Shown one piece after another: positions 34,135 to 45,300 of a stretch of 64,000 bases of DNA (positions are counted from its first letter, which is position 1; every line of letters starts with the position of its first letter). The notes under the pieces are model-generated. The model saw only the letters and a program-made list of their open reading frames with translations, was not told the origin of the DNA and made no database searches. Source of the stretch: Myxococcota bacterium (GTDB lineage Bacteria > Myxococcota_A > UBA9042 > PHBI01 > JAWLBL01); the NCBI GenBank assembly GCA_041687695.1, contig JAWLBL010000009.1, positions 171,634 through 235,633 of the forward strand, in the 5' to 3' direction. The translations under genes were made by a program, and so were the position numbers.

Positions 34135-35675
34135 CAGGGGTGCCCCCCGTCCTTCGGGACGTGGATCGAGGCCCGGATGCGCGCGACGTCGGCGTCCTGT
34201 ACCTCGTCGCCCGAGTTGCCGAAGCTGTTGCGGACGTAGGTCAGCACGTCGGCGATCTCGTGGTCGGTCAGGTGGTTGAGCGGCGGCATGACGCCCGTGT
34301 ACTTCACCCCGTTGACCTGGATCTCGCCCTGCAGCCCGGACAGCACGGCCTTGATGGACCGGTCCTTGTCGGCCATCAGCCAGTCGCTCTTGGCCAGCGG
34401 CGGGAAGACGTTCGGCACGCCCGACCCGTTCTGCTGGTGGCAGGCCGTGCAGGAGCCCAGGTAGGTCGCCTTGCCGCGCGCGATGCGGGCTTCCTTGCCC
34501 TCGACCCCCGCGGCCGCCTTGATGGAGTCGGTGGCCGGCGGCGCGTACTCGGCCAGGTAGACCTCGTCGACCTCCTTGCCCGAGTAGATCCGCTTGTTCT
34601 CGGGCCCGTCGACGACCATCATGCCGATGGCGCCCTTGTTGAAGGCACGCAGCAGCGAGTGGTCGACCAGGATGTAGGTGCCGGGCACCTCGAGCTTGAA
34701 GTCGACCACGGTCGAGCCGCCGGCCGGGACCAGCGTCGTCTGGACGTTGTTGTTCTGGCTGTCGCCGCCCTCGACCCAGACCCGGTCGAAGATCTCACCG
34801 ATGACGTGGAACGAGCTGACCAGGTTCGGGCCGCCGTTGCCGAAGAACAGGCGCACGTTGTCGCCGACCTTGGCGCGCAGGGCGTTGTCGCCGGTCAGCG
34901 CGCCGTCGCGGCCGTTGAAGACGACGTACGAGGCGTTCTCGTCGATGGCGCGCTGCATGTCGAAGGGCTGCAGGCCCGGCTCGCGGAAGGCGCCCTTCGT
35001 GTAGAAGTCGCCCTGCATCACGTAGTACTCCTTGTCCACCGGCGGCAGGCCCTCCTCGGGCTCGACGACGATGAGGCCGTACATGCCGTTGGCGACGTGC
35101 ATGCCGACCGGCGCCGTCGCGCAGTGGTAGACGTAGGTGCCGGGGTTGCGCGCCTCGAAGGTGAAGCGCGTCTGGTGGCCGGGGGCCGTGAAGGTGCTGG
35201 TCGCGCCGCCGCCGGGCCCGGTCACCGAGTGGAGATCGATGTTGTGCGGCATCGTGTTCTTCGGGTGGTTCTGCAGGTGCAGCTCCACGAGATCGCCCTG
35301 GCGGACGCGCAGCAGCGGCCCGGGGACCGTGCCGCCGAAGGTCCAGAACGTGTAGGTGGCGCCGTCGGCGATCTCCATCTCGAGCTCGAGCACCTCGAGG
35401 TGAACGACGACCTTGGCCGGGGTGCGGCGCGTGATGGGCTCGGGCACCGCGGGCGGCGCGATGATGGGGTGCTGCTCGACCGGCCAGGTGGACGGGTCGT
35501 CGGGCACCTGGGGCGCGTCGGGCTTCGCCTCGGCCTTGGGCACGACCGTGGGGGTCCCCGGGGCGGAGGCTTTGGGTGGTGACGCCTCACCGCCCTGGGC
35601 GCACCCGGCCAGCGCTACGAGCAGCGCCGCGCCCCCCCACCGGACCCATCGGTTCATCGACTTCGTGTTACGCAT
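34134..35675 (-). CDS. nirK: Copper nitrite reductase (AniA-type) lipoprotein with C-terminal cytochrome c
   Basis: [42 protein letters not shown]-terminal CTACH heme motif; lipobox LAGC. Confidence 0.96.
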   Translation of the reverse strand: MRNTKSMNRWVRWGGAALLVALAGCAQGGEASPPKASAPGTPTVVPKAEAKPDAPQVPDDPSTWPVEQHPIIAPPAVPEPITRRTPAKVVVHLEVLELEMEIADGATYTFWTFGGTVPGPLLRVRQGDLVELHLQNHPKNTMPHNIDLHSVTGPGGGATSTFTAPGHQTRFTFEARNPGTYVYHCATAPVGMHVANGMYGLIVVEPEEGLPPVDKEYYVMQGDFYTKGAFREPGLQPFDMQRAIDENASYVVFNGRDGALTGDNALRAKVGDNVRLFFGNGGPNLVSSFHVIGEIFDRVWVEGGDSQNNNVQTTLVPAGGSTVVDFKLEVPGTYILVDHSLLRAFNKGAIGMMVVDGPENKRIYSGKEVDEVYLAEYAPPATDSIKAAAGVEGKEARIARGKATYLGSCTACHQQNGSGVPNVFPPLAKSDWLMADKDRSIKAVLSGLQGEIQVNGVKYTGVMPPLNHLTDHEIADVLTYVRNSFGNSGDEVQDADVARIRASIHVPKDGGHP

Positions 35676-35758
35676 CTCCCACCTCCTCGTGGCCGCGCGA
35701 CGTGGATGCGGCCTGCGGGCCCCGAGCCGACCTTGGCGGGAGCCACGCCCCCATGCCT

Positions 35759-35774
35759 TGCATCGGGAATGCCA
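35759..35774 (-). promoter_or_regulatory. Putative sigma-54 promoter of the nirK operon
   Basis: Minus strand TGGCATTCCCGATGCA fits GG-N10-GC, about 85 bp upstream of the ATG. Confidence 0.55.
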
Positions 35775-36017
35775 CTTCCCTCTAGCGGACGTTTGGCTCC
35801 GAATTCATTGACCGCCCCGCCTCCCTCCGCGCTCCTGGACGCCCCAGATTAGTGCGTAATACCACACCCCAAAGCCGCAGATGCCCCTACCGTGAGCCGG
35901 GCCGTGCCTCAGTGTGAAAAGGCACGACCGGGGCTCTGACGGCGTCGCGACGGGGTTGAACCCGCGGAGCCTCGCGGGCAGACTCCCGCGTCCGCTCGCG
36001 CCCCCGGGAGACCCGCG

Positions 36018-39000
36018 ATGAAGCTGCTCGCCCCCCTCGCCTTGCTGATCCTGCTGACCGCCTGTGCGGGCCCCGGCGAAGGCACTCCGCCGCCCGTCGG
36101 CCTGCCCGACGTGGTCGCGGACACGACCGAAGACACTCAGGGCGGCGACGCACAGGGCGCCGACACAAAGGGCGCCGACGGCCACGCGAGCGACGAGGGC
36201 TCAGCGGACGGAGACGCGGACGACGACATCGCCGAGGACGCCGGCCGCGACGTGGCCCACGACGGCCAGCCGGGCGACGCGACTCAGGACGCCGGCCCCG
36301 ACGCGTGCACGCCGAGCTGCGCAGACCTCGAGTGCGGCGACGACGGCTGCGGCGGCGTGTGCGGCGAGTGCGGCGCCGGAGCGCAGTGCGTGGGGGGCGC
36401 GTGCCAGGCCCTGTGCTCGCCGGCTTGCGACGGCAAGGCGTGCGGACCGAACGGGTGCGGAGGGCTGTGCGGCGCCTGTGGCGAAGGCGACGCCTGCGTC
36501 GGGGGGCAGTGCCAGCCCGTGTGCGCCCCGGCCTGCGACGGCAAGGCGTGCGGCGACGACGGCTGCGGCGGCGTGTGCGGCGAGTGCGGCGCCGGCCAGC
36601 AGTGCGTCGGCGGCCAGTGCGAGGGCGTGTGCGCGCCGGCCTGCGGCGGCAAGGCCTGCGGCGGCGACGGGTGCGGCGGCAGCTGCGGGGCGTGCGGCGA
36701 GGGGCAGGCCTGCGTGGACGGGCAGTGCCAGGCGCTGTGCACGCCGGCGTGCGGCGGCAAGCAGTGCGGCGAGGACGGGTGCGGCGGGGCGTGCGGGACC
36801 TGCGGGGTCGGCGAGCAGTGCGTCGCGGGCGGCTGCGAGCCCGTGTGCGTCGGGTCGTGCGCCGACAAGCAGTGCGGCGGCGACGGGTGCGGCGGGTGGT
36901 GCGGCACCTGCGGCGCGGGGCACCAGTGCAAGTTCGGGCAGTGCGAGCCGACGTGCAAGCCGGCGTGTGACGGCAAGGCGTGCGGCGGCGACGGGTGCGG
37001 CGGCAGCTGCGGGACGTGCGGCGCGGGCGAGCAGTGCGTCTCGGGGCAATGCGAGCCCATCTGCGCGCCGGCTTGCGGCGGCAAGGAGTGCGGCGGCGAC
37101 GGCTGCGGTGGGTCGTGCGGGGCGTGCGGCGCCGGCGAGCAGTGCGTCTCGGGGCAGTGCGAGCCCCTCTGCGCGCCGGCCTGCGGCGGCAAGGAGTGCG
37201 GCGCGGACGGCTGCGGCGGCTCGTGCGGCACGTGCGCCCTGGGAGAGACCTGCTCGAGCGGGCAGTGCGAGTGCGCGCCCAAGTGCTCGGGCAAGGAGTG
37301 CGGCGGCGACGGGTGCGGCGGCAGCTGCGGGGCCTGCGCGGCGGGCGAGCAGTGCGTCCTGGGCGCGTGCAAGGTGCCGACCGGCGACCTGTGCTCCGAC
37401 GCGTTGGTGGTGGACTCGGTGCCGTACAGCGACAGCCGCAGCACCGGGGGCACCTCGACCAGCCACTACGGCGTGCCGGCCGGCGCGTGTCCGGGCAGCC
37501 CGGGCGCCATCGGGCAGGACGCGCTCGACCGGGTGTACAGCTTCACACCCAAGGTCAGCGGCCCGTACGTGTTCACGCTGACCGGCACCTTCGACACGGG
37601 CCTGTACGTCTCGACGTCGTGCTCGAACGTGGGCGGGGCGTGCCTGGGCGGCGTCGACCTCGCCTGCGTCGGCTGCGAGGAGAAGCTGGAGCTGGATCTC
37701 GTCGCCGGCCAGCAGGTCATGATCTTCGTCGACGGGTCGTGGCACATCACCGACAGCGGCCCGTACATCCTGAAGATCGACAAGGGCTGCGACCCGACCT
37801 GCGCCGGCTGGGAGTGCGGGCCGGACGGGTGCGGCGGGTCGTGCGGGGCCTGCCCGCTGGGCGAGCAGTGCGTCTACGGCGAGTGCGAGGCGTCCCAGCC
37901 CATCCCCGAGTGCTCGGACGCCGTCACCGACGTCATCGACACCTGGCCCTACAGCCACGACAGCTTCATCTGGGGCAGCGGCAACCACTACAGCTTCAAC
38001 AACTGCCCCGGAAACCTCAGCTCGGGCGGCAAGGGCACCGACCGCATCTACGAGATGACGGCGCCGGTGTTCGGCCAGTACCGGTTCACCCTCTCGCCCC
38101 ACAACGGGGACGTCTTCGACCTGTACGTCGTGCGGGACTGCACGAAGATCAACCAGACCTGCCTGGGGGCCACCTGGATGGTCGGCAGCGTCAGCGTGGT
38201 GCTGCAGCCGGGCGAGGTCGTCTACGCCATCGTGGATGGCCACACGTCGAGCGAGTGGGGCGACTACACGCTGAAGGTCGACCTGTGCGAGGCGGACTGC
38301 AGCGGGCTCGAGTGCGGCATCGACCCGGTGTGCGGGGTCAGCTGCGGCGCGTGCGCGGGCGGGACGACCTGCGGCCCGACCGGCCAGTGCGTCCTGGGCG
38401 GCCAGGGCGACAGCTGCGACACGGCCTTCCAGGTCGACACGGTGCCGTTCGTGGGCGTGTCGTCGACCGCCGGGATGACCGACGACTTCGAATTCAAGGA
38501 CTGCCCGTTCTTCCAGAGCACCGTCCGCGGCGACGGGGTGCAGGACCACGTGTGGGCCTTCACCGCGCCGGCGGCCGGCGTCTACACGGTGCGCCTCGAC
38601 GAGGAGTCGGGCCACAACGCCCTGGTCTACATCGCGTCCGACTGCGACGACGTCTACGGCACCTGCCTCCGCTGGCACGAGGGCTGCAGCGTCAAGGTCG
38701 CCAGCTGCGACTTCCTGCCGACGATGGAGCTGCAGGCCGGCGAGACCCGTTACGTGGTGGTGGACGCGTACCAGACGTCGCCGTCCGGGTATCGGCTGAC
38801 CTTCGACGCCCAGTGCCAGGAGGACTGCGCCGGCAAGGAGTGCGGGACCGACCCCTGCCTGGGCGGCAGCTGCGGCGCCTGCCCCAGCGGCTTCGCGTGC
38901 GACGCCCAGGGCCAGTGCCAGCCGTCGGCGGCGCTGGTCATCAACGAGATCGACTACGACAACCCGGGCAGCGACACGGCCGAGTTCGTCGAGCTCTACA

Positions 39001-39443
39001 ACGCCGGCAGCGAGCCGGCCGTGCTGGCCGACTACGTGCTCGAGAGCGTCAACGGCACCGGCGGCGGGCTCATCAAGGCGGTCCCGCTGGGGGACGCCGG
39101 CGCGACCCTGGCTCCGGGCGCCTACCTCGTGGTCGGCTTCTCGCCGGTGACGAGCGCCCTGCCGCAAGGCGTCGCGTCCGTCACCGTCAGCGGCTCGTTC
39201 CTGCAGAACGGCGGACCCGACGGTGACGCGGTCCGCCTGGTCCACGCCACGAGCGGCGTCGTCGAGGCCGTCTCGTACACCGCCCCGGTCCCCGGCGCGA
39301 ACGAGGGCGGCACCCACGCCGGCACCGACCCGGGCGAAGGGACCCTGTCGCGCTGCCCCAACGGCGTGGACACGGGCGACAACGGCGCCGACTTCGCCCA
39401 GGCCACCCCCGCCACGCCCGGCGCCGCGAACGGCTGCCCTTGA
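36018..39443 (+). CDS. Cys-rich repeat lipoprotein with PPC-like modules and a C-terminal lamin-tail domain
   Basis: Lipobox LTAC; about a dozen C.P.C.GK.CG.DGCGG.CG.C repeats; three beta-sandwich modules; LVINEIDYDNPGSD..EFVELYN..ATPGAAN. Confidence 0.85.
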   Translation: MKLLAPLALLILLTACAGPGEGTPPPVGLPDVVADTTEDTQGGDAQGADTKGADGHASDEGSADGDADDDIAEDAGRDVAHDGQPGDATQDAGPDACTPSCADLECGDDGCGGVCGECGAGAQCVGGACQALCSPACDGKACGPNGCGGLCGACGEGDACVGGQCQPVCAPACDGKACGDDGCGGVCGECGAGQQCVGGQCEGVCAPACGGKACGGDGCGGSCGACGEGQACVDGQCQALCTPACGGKQCGEDGCGGACGTCGVGEQCVAGGCEPVCVGSCADKQCGGDGCGGWCGTCGAGHQCKFGQCEPTCKPACDGKACGGDGCGGSCGTCGAGEQCVSGQCEPICAPACGGKECGGDGCGGSCGACGAGEQCVSGQCEPLCAPACGGKECGADGCGGSCGTCALGETCSSGQCECAPKCSGKECGGDGCGGSCGACAAGEQCVLGACKVPTGDLCSDALVVDSVPYSDSRSTGGTSTSHYGVPAGACPGSPGAIGQDALDRVYSFTPKVSGPYVFTLTGTFDTGLYVSTSCSNVGGACLGGVDLACVGCEEKLELDLVAGQQVMIFVDGSWHITDSGPYILKIDKGCDPTCAGWECGPDGCGGSCGACPLGEQCVYGECEASQPIPECSDAVTDVIDTWPYSHDSFIWGSGNHYSFNNCPGNLSSGGKGTDRIYEMTAPVFGQYRFTLSPHNGDVFDLYVVRDCTKINQTCLGATWMVGSVSVVLQPGEVVYAIVDGHTSSEWGDYTLKVDLCEADCSGLECGIDPVCGVSCGACAGGTTCGPTGQCVLGGQGDSCDTAFQVDTVPFVGVSSTAGMTDDFEFKDCPFFQSTVRGDGVQDHVWAFTAPAAGVYTVRLDEESGHNALVYIASDCDDVYGTCLRWHEGCSVKVASCDFLPTMELQAGETRYVVVDAYQTSPSGYRLTFDAQCQEDCAGKECGTDPCLGGSCGACPSGFACDAQGQCQPSAALVINEIDYDNPGSDTAEFVELYNAGSEPAVLADYVLESVNGTGGGLIKAVPLGDAGATLAPGAYLVVGFSPVTSALPQGVASVTVSGSFLQNGGPDGDAVRLVHATSGVVEAVSYTAPVPGANEGGTHAGTDPGEGTLSRCPNGVDTGDNGADFAQATPATPGAANGCP

Positions 39444-39626
39444 GCCGCCGCCGCCCCTCTCCCCAGAGGGGAGCGGCCCTCCTGCACGGCGTCATGGCTC
39501 CGGACCGTGGGGTTGACCACCCGACCCGAACGTCCAAAATTCGCGAGTCCCCCCAGAGATAGGAGCTGATTGCCGCCGCCCGATCGGCGATCGGCCCCGA
39601 CGCTCCTTCGGACCGCGAGGACCTCC

Positions 39627-40006
39627 ATGCGTCGCGAAGTGACGATAGCCACCGCCTGGGGCCTGGGGCTGACGCTTCTGCTCGCCCTCCTCATCGTCGT
39701 GGGCTCGCGCAACCTCGCCCACTTCGACGCCGCGCTCGTCGCCTACACCTTCGCCGTCCTCTTCGCCACCTTCGGCCTGACCTACCGCTACGCCATGTGG
39801 CTGCAGCGCCCGCCCACCGCCGTCTACTGGCGCCGCGGCTGGCATCGGCCCGCTGGTCGACCACTACCCGAGCCGTGCCTCGAGCTGCACCCGCGCCTCG
39901 CCGAGACGCTGGGCGTCGCCGACGGCGACTGGGTCACCGCCGAGAGCCGCCGCGGCACCTGCACCCTGCGCGCCTCGGTGGTCACGACCATCCGCCCCGA
40001 CAGTCG

Positions 40007-40010
<4 letters not shown>
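39627..40010 (+). pseudogene. Chimeric fragment: membrane-subunit N-terminus fused to a molybdopterin-dinucleotide-binding domain piece
   Basis: [36 protein letters not shown] runs abruptly into [34 protein letters not shown]. Confidence 0.75.
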
Positions 40011-40269
<259 letters not shown>

Positions 40270-40270
<1 letters not shown>

Positions 40271-40638
40271 TCATCGTCCTGCTCTGGGCCCTCATCGCCA
40301 TCGGCGTGGGCGCCATCGTCACCGCCTTCGAGCCCGACCTGCGCACCGCCACCGTCGGCTTCGTCATGCTGGCCGCCTCGCTGGGGGTCGGCAACGGCGC
40401 CGTCTTCGCCCTGGTCGGCCGCCGCATCCCCGCCGCCCAGGTCGGCGCCGTGACCCGCCTGGTCGGCGCCGTCGGCGGCCTCGGCGGCTTTCTGCCCCCC
40501 ATCGTGATGGGCCTGGTCTACCAGGCCACCGGCTCGTACGCGATCGGCCTGATGCTGCTGTCCAACGTCGCCTTCGTCGGCGCCATCTACACCGCCTGGC
40601 GCCTGTGGCCCCGCGGCCTGCCGACCTCCGAGCCCTGA
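40270..40638 (+). pseudogene. C-terminal fragment of a NarK/NasA-type nitrate/nitrite MFS transporter
   Basis: [32 protein letters not shown]; only the last ~4 TMs are present. Confidence 0.8.
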
Positions 40639-40651
40639 GCCCCCGCCACAG

Positions 40652-40962
40652 GTCCCGGGACCGTTCGATACGGCGCCGACGGTCGCCCCGACCGGTCCTG
40701 GGACTAAATCGAACCAGGGTCCATGGTGGCTCCAGCCAGTCCCGGGACTGCCCGCACCCACTCGCAGGTCGTTGCCCGAGGTCCCGGGACTGCCCCGGTC
40801 TGAACTGATGTTCAGCAAGCCCCAGTCCCGGGACTGCCCGCACCCACTCGCAGGTCGTTGCCCGAGGTCCCGGGACTGCCCCGGTCTGAACTGATGTTCA
40901 GCAAGCCCCAGTCCCGGGACTGCCCGCACCCGCTCGCAGGTCATTGCCCGAGGTCCCGGGGT
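40652..40962. repeat. Array of GTCCCGGGAC palindromes at 42-44-bp spacing, including an 86-bp tandem duplication
   Basis: Cores at 40652, 40695 (1 mismatch), 40739, 40781, 40825, 40867, 40911, 40953 (degenerate); 86-bp units start at 40737, 40823 and 40909. Confidence 0.9.
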
Positions 40963-41034
40963 CCGGTCGCACCACCCTGCACGCGTTTGGGTCCAGGCAG
41001 GCCCACCCGACCCACCGGGCCACTCGGCTTGCCG

Positions 41035-41051
41035 TACACATTCGATGTGTA
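41035..41051. promoter_or_regulatory. vapBC operator palindrome
   Basis: TACACAT-TCG-ATGTGTA perfect inverted repeat just upstream of vapB. Confidence 0.7.
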
Positions 41052-41075
41052 TAGCGTGCTCGGAGGGGGTGAGCC

Positions 41076-41279
41076 ATGCGCACCAACATCGTCATCGACG
41101 ACGATCTGCTCGCCGAAGCCGCCGAGCTGACTGGGATTCGAACCAAGAAGGAGCTCGTCCACGAGGCGCTCAGGACGCTCATCGCGACCCGCCGTCGCAA
41201 GAGCCTGCTCGACCTCAAGGGGAAGGTGCAGCTCCGGCCCGACTACGACTACAAGGCGCTCCGGGAGGACGGCGAGTGA
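41076..41279 (+). CDS. vapB: VapB-family antitoxin
   Basis: MRTNIVIDDDLLAEA..LTGIRTKKELVHEAL (ribbon-helix-helix type). Confidence 0.93.
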   Translation: MRTNIVIDDDLLAEAAELTGIRTKKELVHEALRTLIATRRRKSLLDLKGKVQLRPDYDYKALREDGE

Positions 41280-41695
41280 TCGTGGTCGACACCTCGGTCC
41301 TGGTCGACTTCTTCCGGGGCCGCGAGACCCGAGCGACTCGGCGGCTCGAGGAGCTCGAGCGCAGCGACGTCCCATTTTCCATCCCGACCGTGTGCTGCCA
41401 GGAGCTTCTTCAGGGCGCCCGAGATGAAGCCGAGTGGTCGACGTTGCACGACTATCTGGGGACCCAGCGCCTCCTGTCGCCCAGCGATCCGTGGCGAACC
41501 CATGTGGAAGCCGCGCGCATCTACTTCGAGGGCCGTCGAGGCGGCCTGACCATCCGTAGCACGGTGGACTGCTTCATCGCGGCCCTGACGCTGGAGATGG
41601 CCGGAACCCTGCTTCACGACGACATCGACTTCGAGCGGATCAAGGCCATCCGCGACCTGCCGACGCTCGGAGGTCCAGCCCTTCGCGAGGGGTGA
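41276..41695 (+). CDS. vapC: VapC PIN-domain toxin
   Basis: GTGA overlap; IVVDTSVLVDF, QELLQG, RSTVDCFIAA, LLHDD.DF. Confidence 0.93.
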   Translation: MIVVDTSVLVDFFRGRETRATRRLEELERSDVPFSIPTVCCQELLQGARDEAEWSTLHDYLGTQRLLSPSDPWRTHVEAARIYFEGRRGGLTIRSTVDCFIAALTLEMAGTLLHDDIDFERIKAIRDLPTLGGPALREG

Positions 41696-41769
41696 CCCGG
41701 GCGCGTCTCCTGGCGCTGACTACGGTGTGCAGGCGGGGACTCCGGGAAGCTCGATGAGCTGCTGGTCGG

Positions 41770-42225
41770 TCACCGCGGTGGGCACTCTATCGGGCCGGGG
41801 ACCTCGATGGGCCAAACGCGTCTGCCGAGTCGCAGGGCGTAGTTGCCGGCCGGGACCGGGCCCAGCTCGCACTCGGCCGTCGCCTTACGACAGGCGCTGA
41901 AGCAGGCCTTCGGCTGGGTGGTCGGCGTGGTGACGCGGGCCGAGCTGAAGACCAGGATCTGCGACTCGACCAGCGCGGCCTCGCAGCTGAGGTCCTCGAC
42001 GGCCCCGCCGCAGGGGACGCAATCGGAGAAGATCTCGACCACCAGCTCGTCGCCGGGCTGGATCATCTTCGAGGCGGTTGGCGTCAGCGAGCGCACGCAG
42101 GCGGAGCCCTCGTCGAAGCGGGTCTCGGTGATCTCGTCCGGCCCGGAGTCGCAACCGCCGAAGACGAACAGCAGCGTACCGAGCCCTGCGAGGAGTGGAG
42201 CGTAGCTCCAGCGGTCTCGACTCAT
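41770..42225 (-). CDS. Cys-rich hypothetical lipoprotein
   Basis: GGAGG RBS; signal ending FGGC; paired Cys; L.PVPAGNY motif. Confidence 0.7.
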   Translation of the reverse strand: MSRDRWSYAPLLAGLGTLLFVFGGCDSGPDEITETRFDEGSACVRSLTPTASKMIQPGDELVVEIFSDCVPCGGAVEDLSCEAALVESQILVFSSARVTTPTTQPKACFSACRKATAECELGPVPAGNYALRLGRRVWPIEVPGPIECPPR

Positions 42226-42342
42226 GGTGTCCTCCCGAATCGAACAGCATGAGCGACCCGCGGCGGCACCGCAAGATCGGCCGTGCGCCCGCTGACGACC
42301 GGGGCCTGAGGGGGGCCTCGGAAGTGCCTTAGGCTTGGGGCC

Positions 42343-45300
42343 GTGAGCGCCAAGGAACCGAGCTTCGACGCCGTCGTCCTGGATGTGGACGGGGTCGTCA
42401 CCGACACGGCGCGGCTGCACGAGCGGGCGTGGAAGGCGCTGTTCGACGCCGCCTTGCCCCAGCTGGGCGATGCCCGGCCGTTCACGCACGAGGACTATCG
42501 GGAGCACGTCGACGGCAAGCCGCGGGTCGACGGGCTGCGGGCGCTGCTGAAGGCGCGCGGGCTCGAGGTCGACGACGAGCAGGTCGCCTCGCTCGCGGCC
42601 GACAAGGACCAGCGCTTCCAGGCGCTGCTGGCCAGCGAAGGGGTGACCGCCTTCGAAGACGCGGTGACGGCGCTGCGGGGCTGGCGGCGGCTGGGGCTGG
42701 GCGTCGCCTTCGTGTCGGCCAGCCGCAACGCGGGGCAGGTGCTCGAGGCGGCCGGGGTCGCCGACCTGGCGGACCTGCGGGTGGACGGCCGGGTGGCGGC
42801 CGAGCTGGGGCTGAGCGGCAAGCGGGCCCTTTTCCGCGAGGCGGCGCGGCGGCTGCGGGTCGAGCCGGCCAGCGCGGTGGCCGTCGAGGACGCGGTGGCC
42901 GGCGTGGCCGCGGCGCGCGACGAGGGCTTCGGGCTGGTGGTGGGCGTGTCGCGCGAGGGGGACGGCGGCGCCCTGCGTCAGGCCGGCGCGCACCGGGTGG
43001 TGGCGCGGCTGACGGAGCTGCCGACCTTCGCCGAGGCCGGGTCGGTGCGCGCGAGCGCGCTGGCTTCGGCGCTGTGCCTGGATCTGCTGATCGCGCACGT
43101 TGGCCGCCGCCGGGTGGCCGTGTTCCTGGACTACGACGGGACGCTGTCGCCCATCGTCGACCAGCCCAGCGCCGCCGAGCTGCCCGAGCCGACCCGCGAG
43201 TCGCTGCGCGCGCTGGTCGCCCGCTGTCCCGTGGCGGTCGTCAGCGGGCGAGACCGCCAGGACGTGGCCTCGCGGCTGGGCGTGGAAGGCCTGTGGGTCG
43301 CCGGAAGTCACGGCTTCGACGTCGCCGGGCCCGACGGCCGCACCTTCGAGGCCGACGCCGGGCGGCACGCGCTGCCCGAGCTGAAGGCCGCCGCCGAGAC
43401 GCTGACGCGCGACCTGGCGCACCTGCCCGGCGTGCTGGTCGAACGCAAGCGCTTCGCGCTGGCGGTGCACTATCGCATGGCGCCGGACGCCGCCGCCGAG
43501 GTGACCCGCACCGTCCACCAGGTCGCCTCGAAGGCGCGCCACCTGACGGTCCGCCCGGGGCGCAAGGTGCTCGAGCTGCGCCCCGACGTCGCCTGGGACA
43601 AGGGCCGCGCGGTCGAGCGCGTGCTGGCGCTGCTGCCCGGCGGGGACGAGGAGCTGACGCCGCTGTACGTCGGCGACGACCACACCGACGAGGACGCCTT
43701 CCGCTTCGTCTCGGGCCGCGGGGTGGGCGTGCTGGTCGGGGCGCCGCTGCGGCCGACGCGCGCCGACCTGCGGCTGGCGGACCCGCGCGAGGTGGCCGAG
43801 CTGCTCCGGATGCTGGCGCGCTGGATCGACCACGGCCCGCGTCGGGCCTCGTGGACGCTGTCGTTCGACCGCCCCGACCCCGAGCGCGAGCGCCACCGCG
43901 AGGCGCTGTGCACCCTGGGCAATGGCAACTTCGCCACGCGCGGCGCCGCCGAGGAGGAGCACGCCGGGCCGCATCACTACCCGGGCACCTACCTGGCGGG
44001 CGGCTACGACCGCATCGCCACCGAGGTCCGCGGCGAGGTGCTGGTCAACGAGGATCTGGTCAACTGGCCCAACTGGCTGCGCCTGAGCTTCCGCCCGGTC
44101 GGGGGCGAGTGGCTGTCGGTCGACGCGTGCCGGACGCAGGCCTTCGCGCAGACCCTGGATCTGCGCCGCGGCGTCCTGTCGCGCGTGATGCGCCTGCGCG
44201 ACCGCGACGGCCGCCAGACGGTGCTGACGGCGCGGCGGCTGGTCAGCATGGACGACCCGCACGTGGGCGCGCTGAGCTGGGAGCTGCTGCCCGAGAACTG
44301 GTCCGGGCCGGTCGAGATCCGGTCGAGCCTGGACGGGACGGTGAGGAACGCCGGGGTCGCGCGGTACGGAGCGCTGCGCGGCGAGCACCTGACGCCGCTG
44401 GGGACCGGCGCGTCCGGGCCGGATCTGATCTGGCTGGACGTCTGCACGCGCCAGTCGCGGGTCCGGATGGCCCAGATCGCCCGCACCCGCGTCAACGTGC
44501 CGGAGCTGCGGCCGCGGCGGGTCGACGAGCACGGCGACCGGATCGACCAGACGCTGCTGGTGGACGCGCGGCCGGGCCGGGCCATCGAGGTCGACAAGGT
44601 CGTCAGCGTCCACACCTCGCGCGACCCGGCCAGCAGCGACCCGCTGGCCGACGCCCGCGAGCGCGTCGCGCACCTGCCCGGGTTCGGGGCGCTCGAGGCG
44701 GCCCACGCGCGGCGCTGGGCGCAGATCTGGAAGCGCTGCGACATCACGCTGGGTCCGGGTCTGGAAGAGACCACGCGCGTCCTGCGCCTGCACCTGTTCC
44801 ACCTGATGCAGGTCGTGTCGCCGCACATCATCGACCGCGACGTGGGCGTGCCGGCGCGCGGGCTGCACGGCGAGGCCTATCGCGGACACGTCTTCTGGGA
44901 CGAGCTGTTCATCCAGCCGTTCCTGGACGTCTCCTGGCCCGAGCTGACGCGCGAGCTGCTGATGTACCGCTATCGGCGGCTCGACGCGGCGCGGCGGCTG
45001 GCGTCGGCGCTGGGCCTGCGCGGGGCGGTCTATCCGTGGCAGAGCGGCAGCAACGGCCGCGAGGAGAGCCAGCGGCTGCACCTCAACCCGCGCTCGGGCC
45101 GCTGGGTGCCCGACGAGACGGACCGGCAGCGGCACATCGGGGCGGCCGTCGCGTGGAACGTCTGGCGGTACTACGGCGCGACCGGCGACCACGAGTTCCT
45201 GGCGGCCCACGGCGCCGAGATGCTGGTCGAGATCGCGCGCTTCTGGGCGAGCCTGGCGACCTGGGACGAGGGGCTGGGGCGCTTTCGCATCCGCGGCGTG

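Noticed and set aside
35800..35830. FNR/Crp box upstream of nirK
   Set aside because: Only a TTGAC half-site is present, with no matching ATCAA/GTCAA half at the right spacing.
40652..40962. CRISPR array
   Set aside because: The core is 10 bp and the spacers repeat as an 86-bp tandem duplication; no leader or cas genes.
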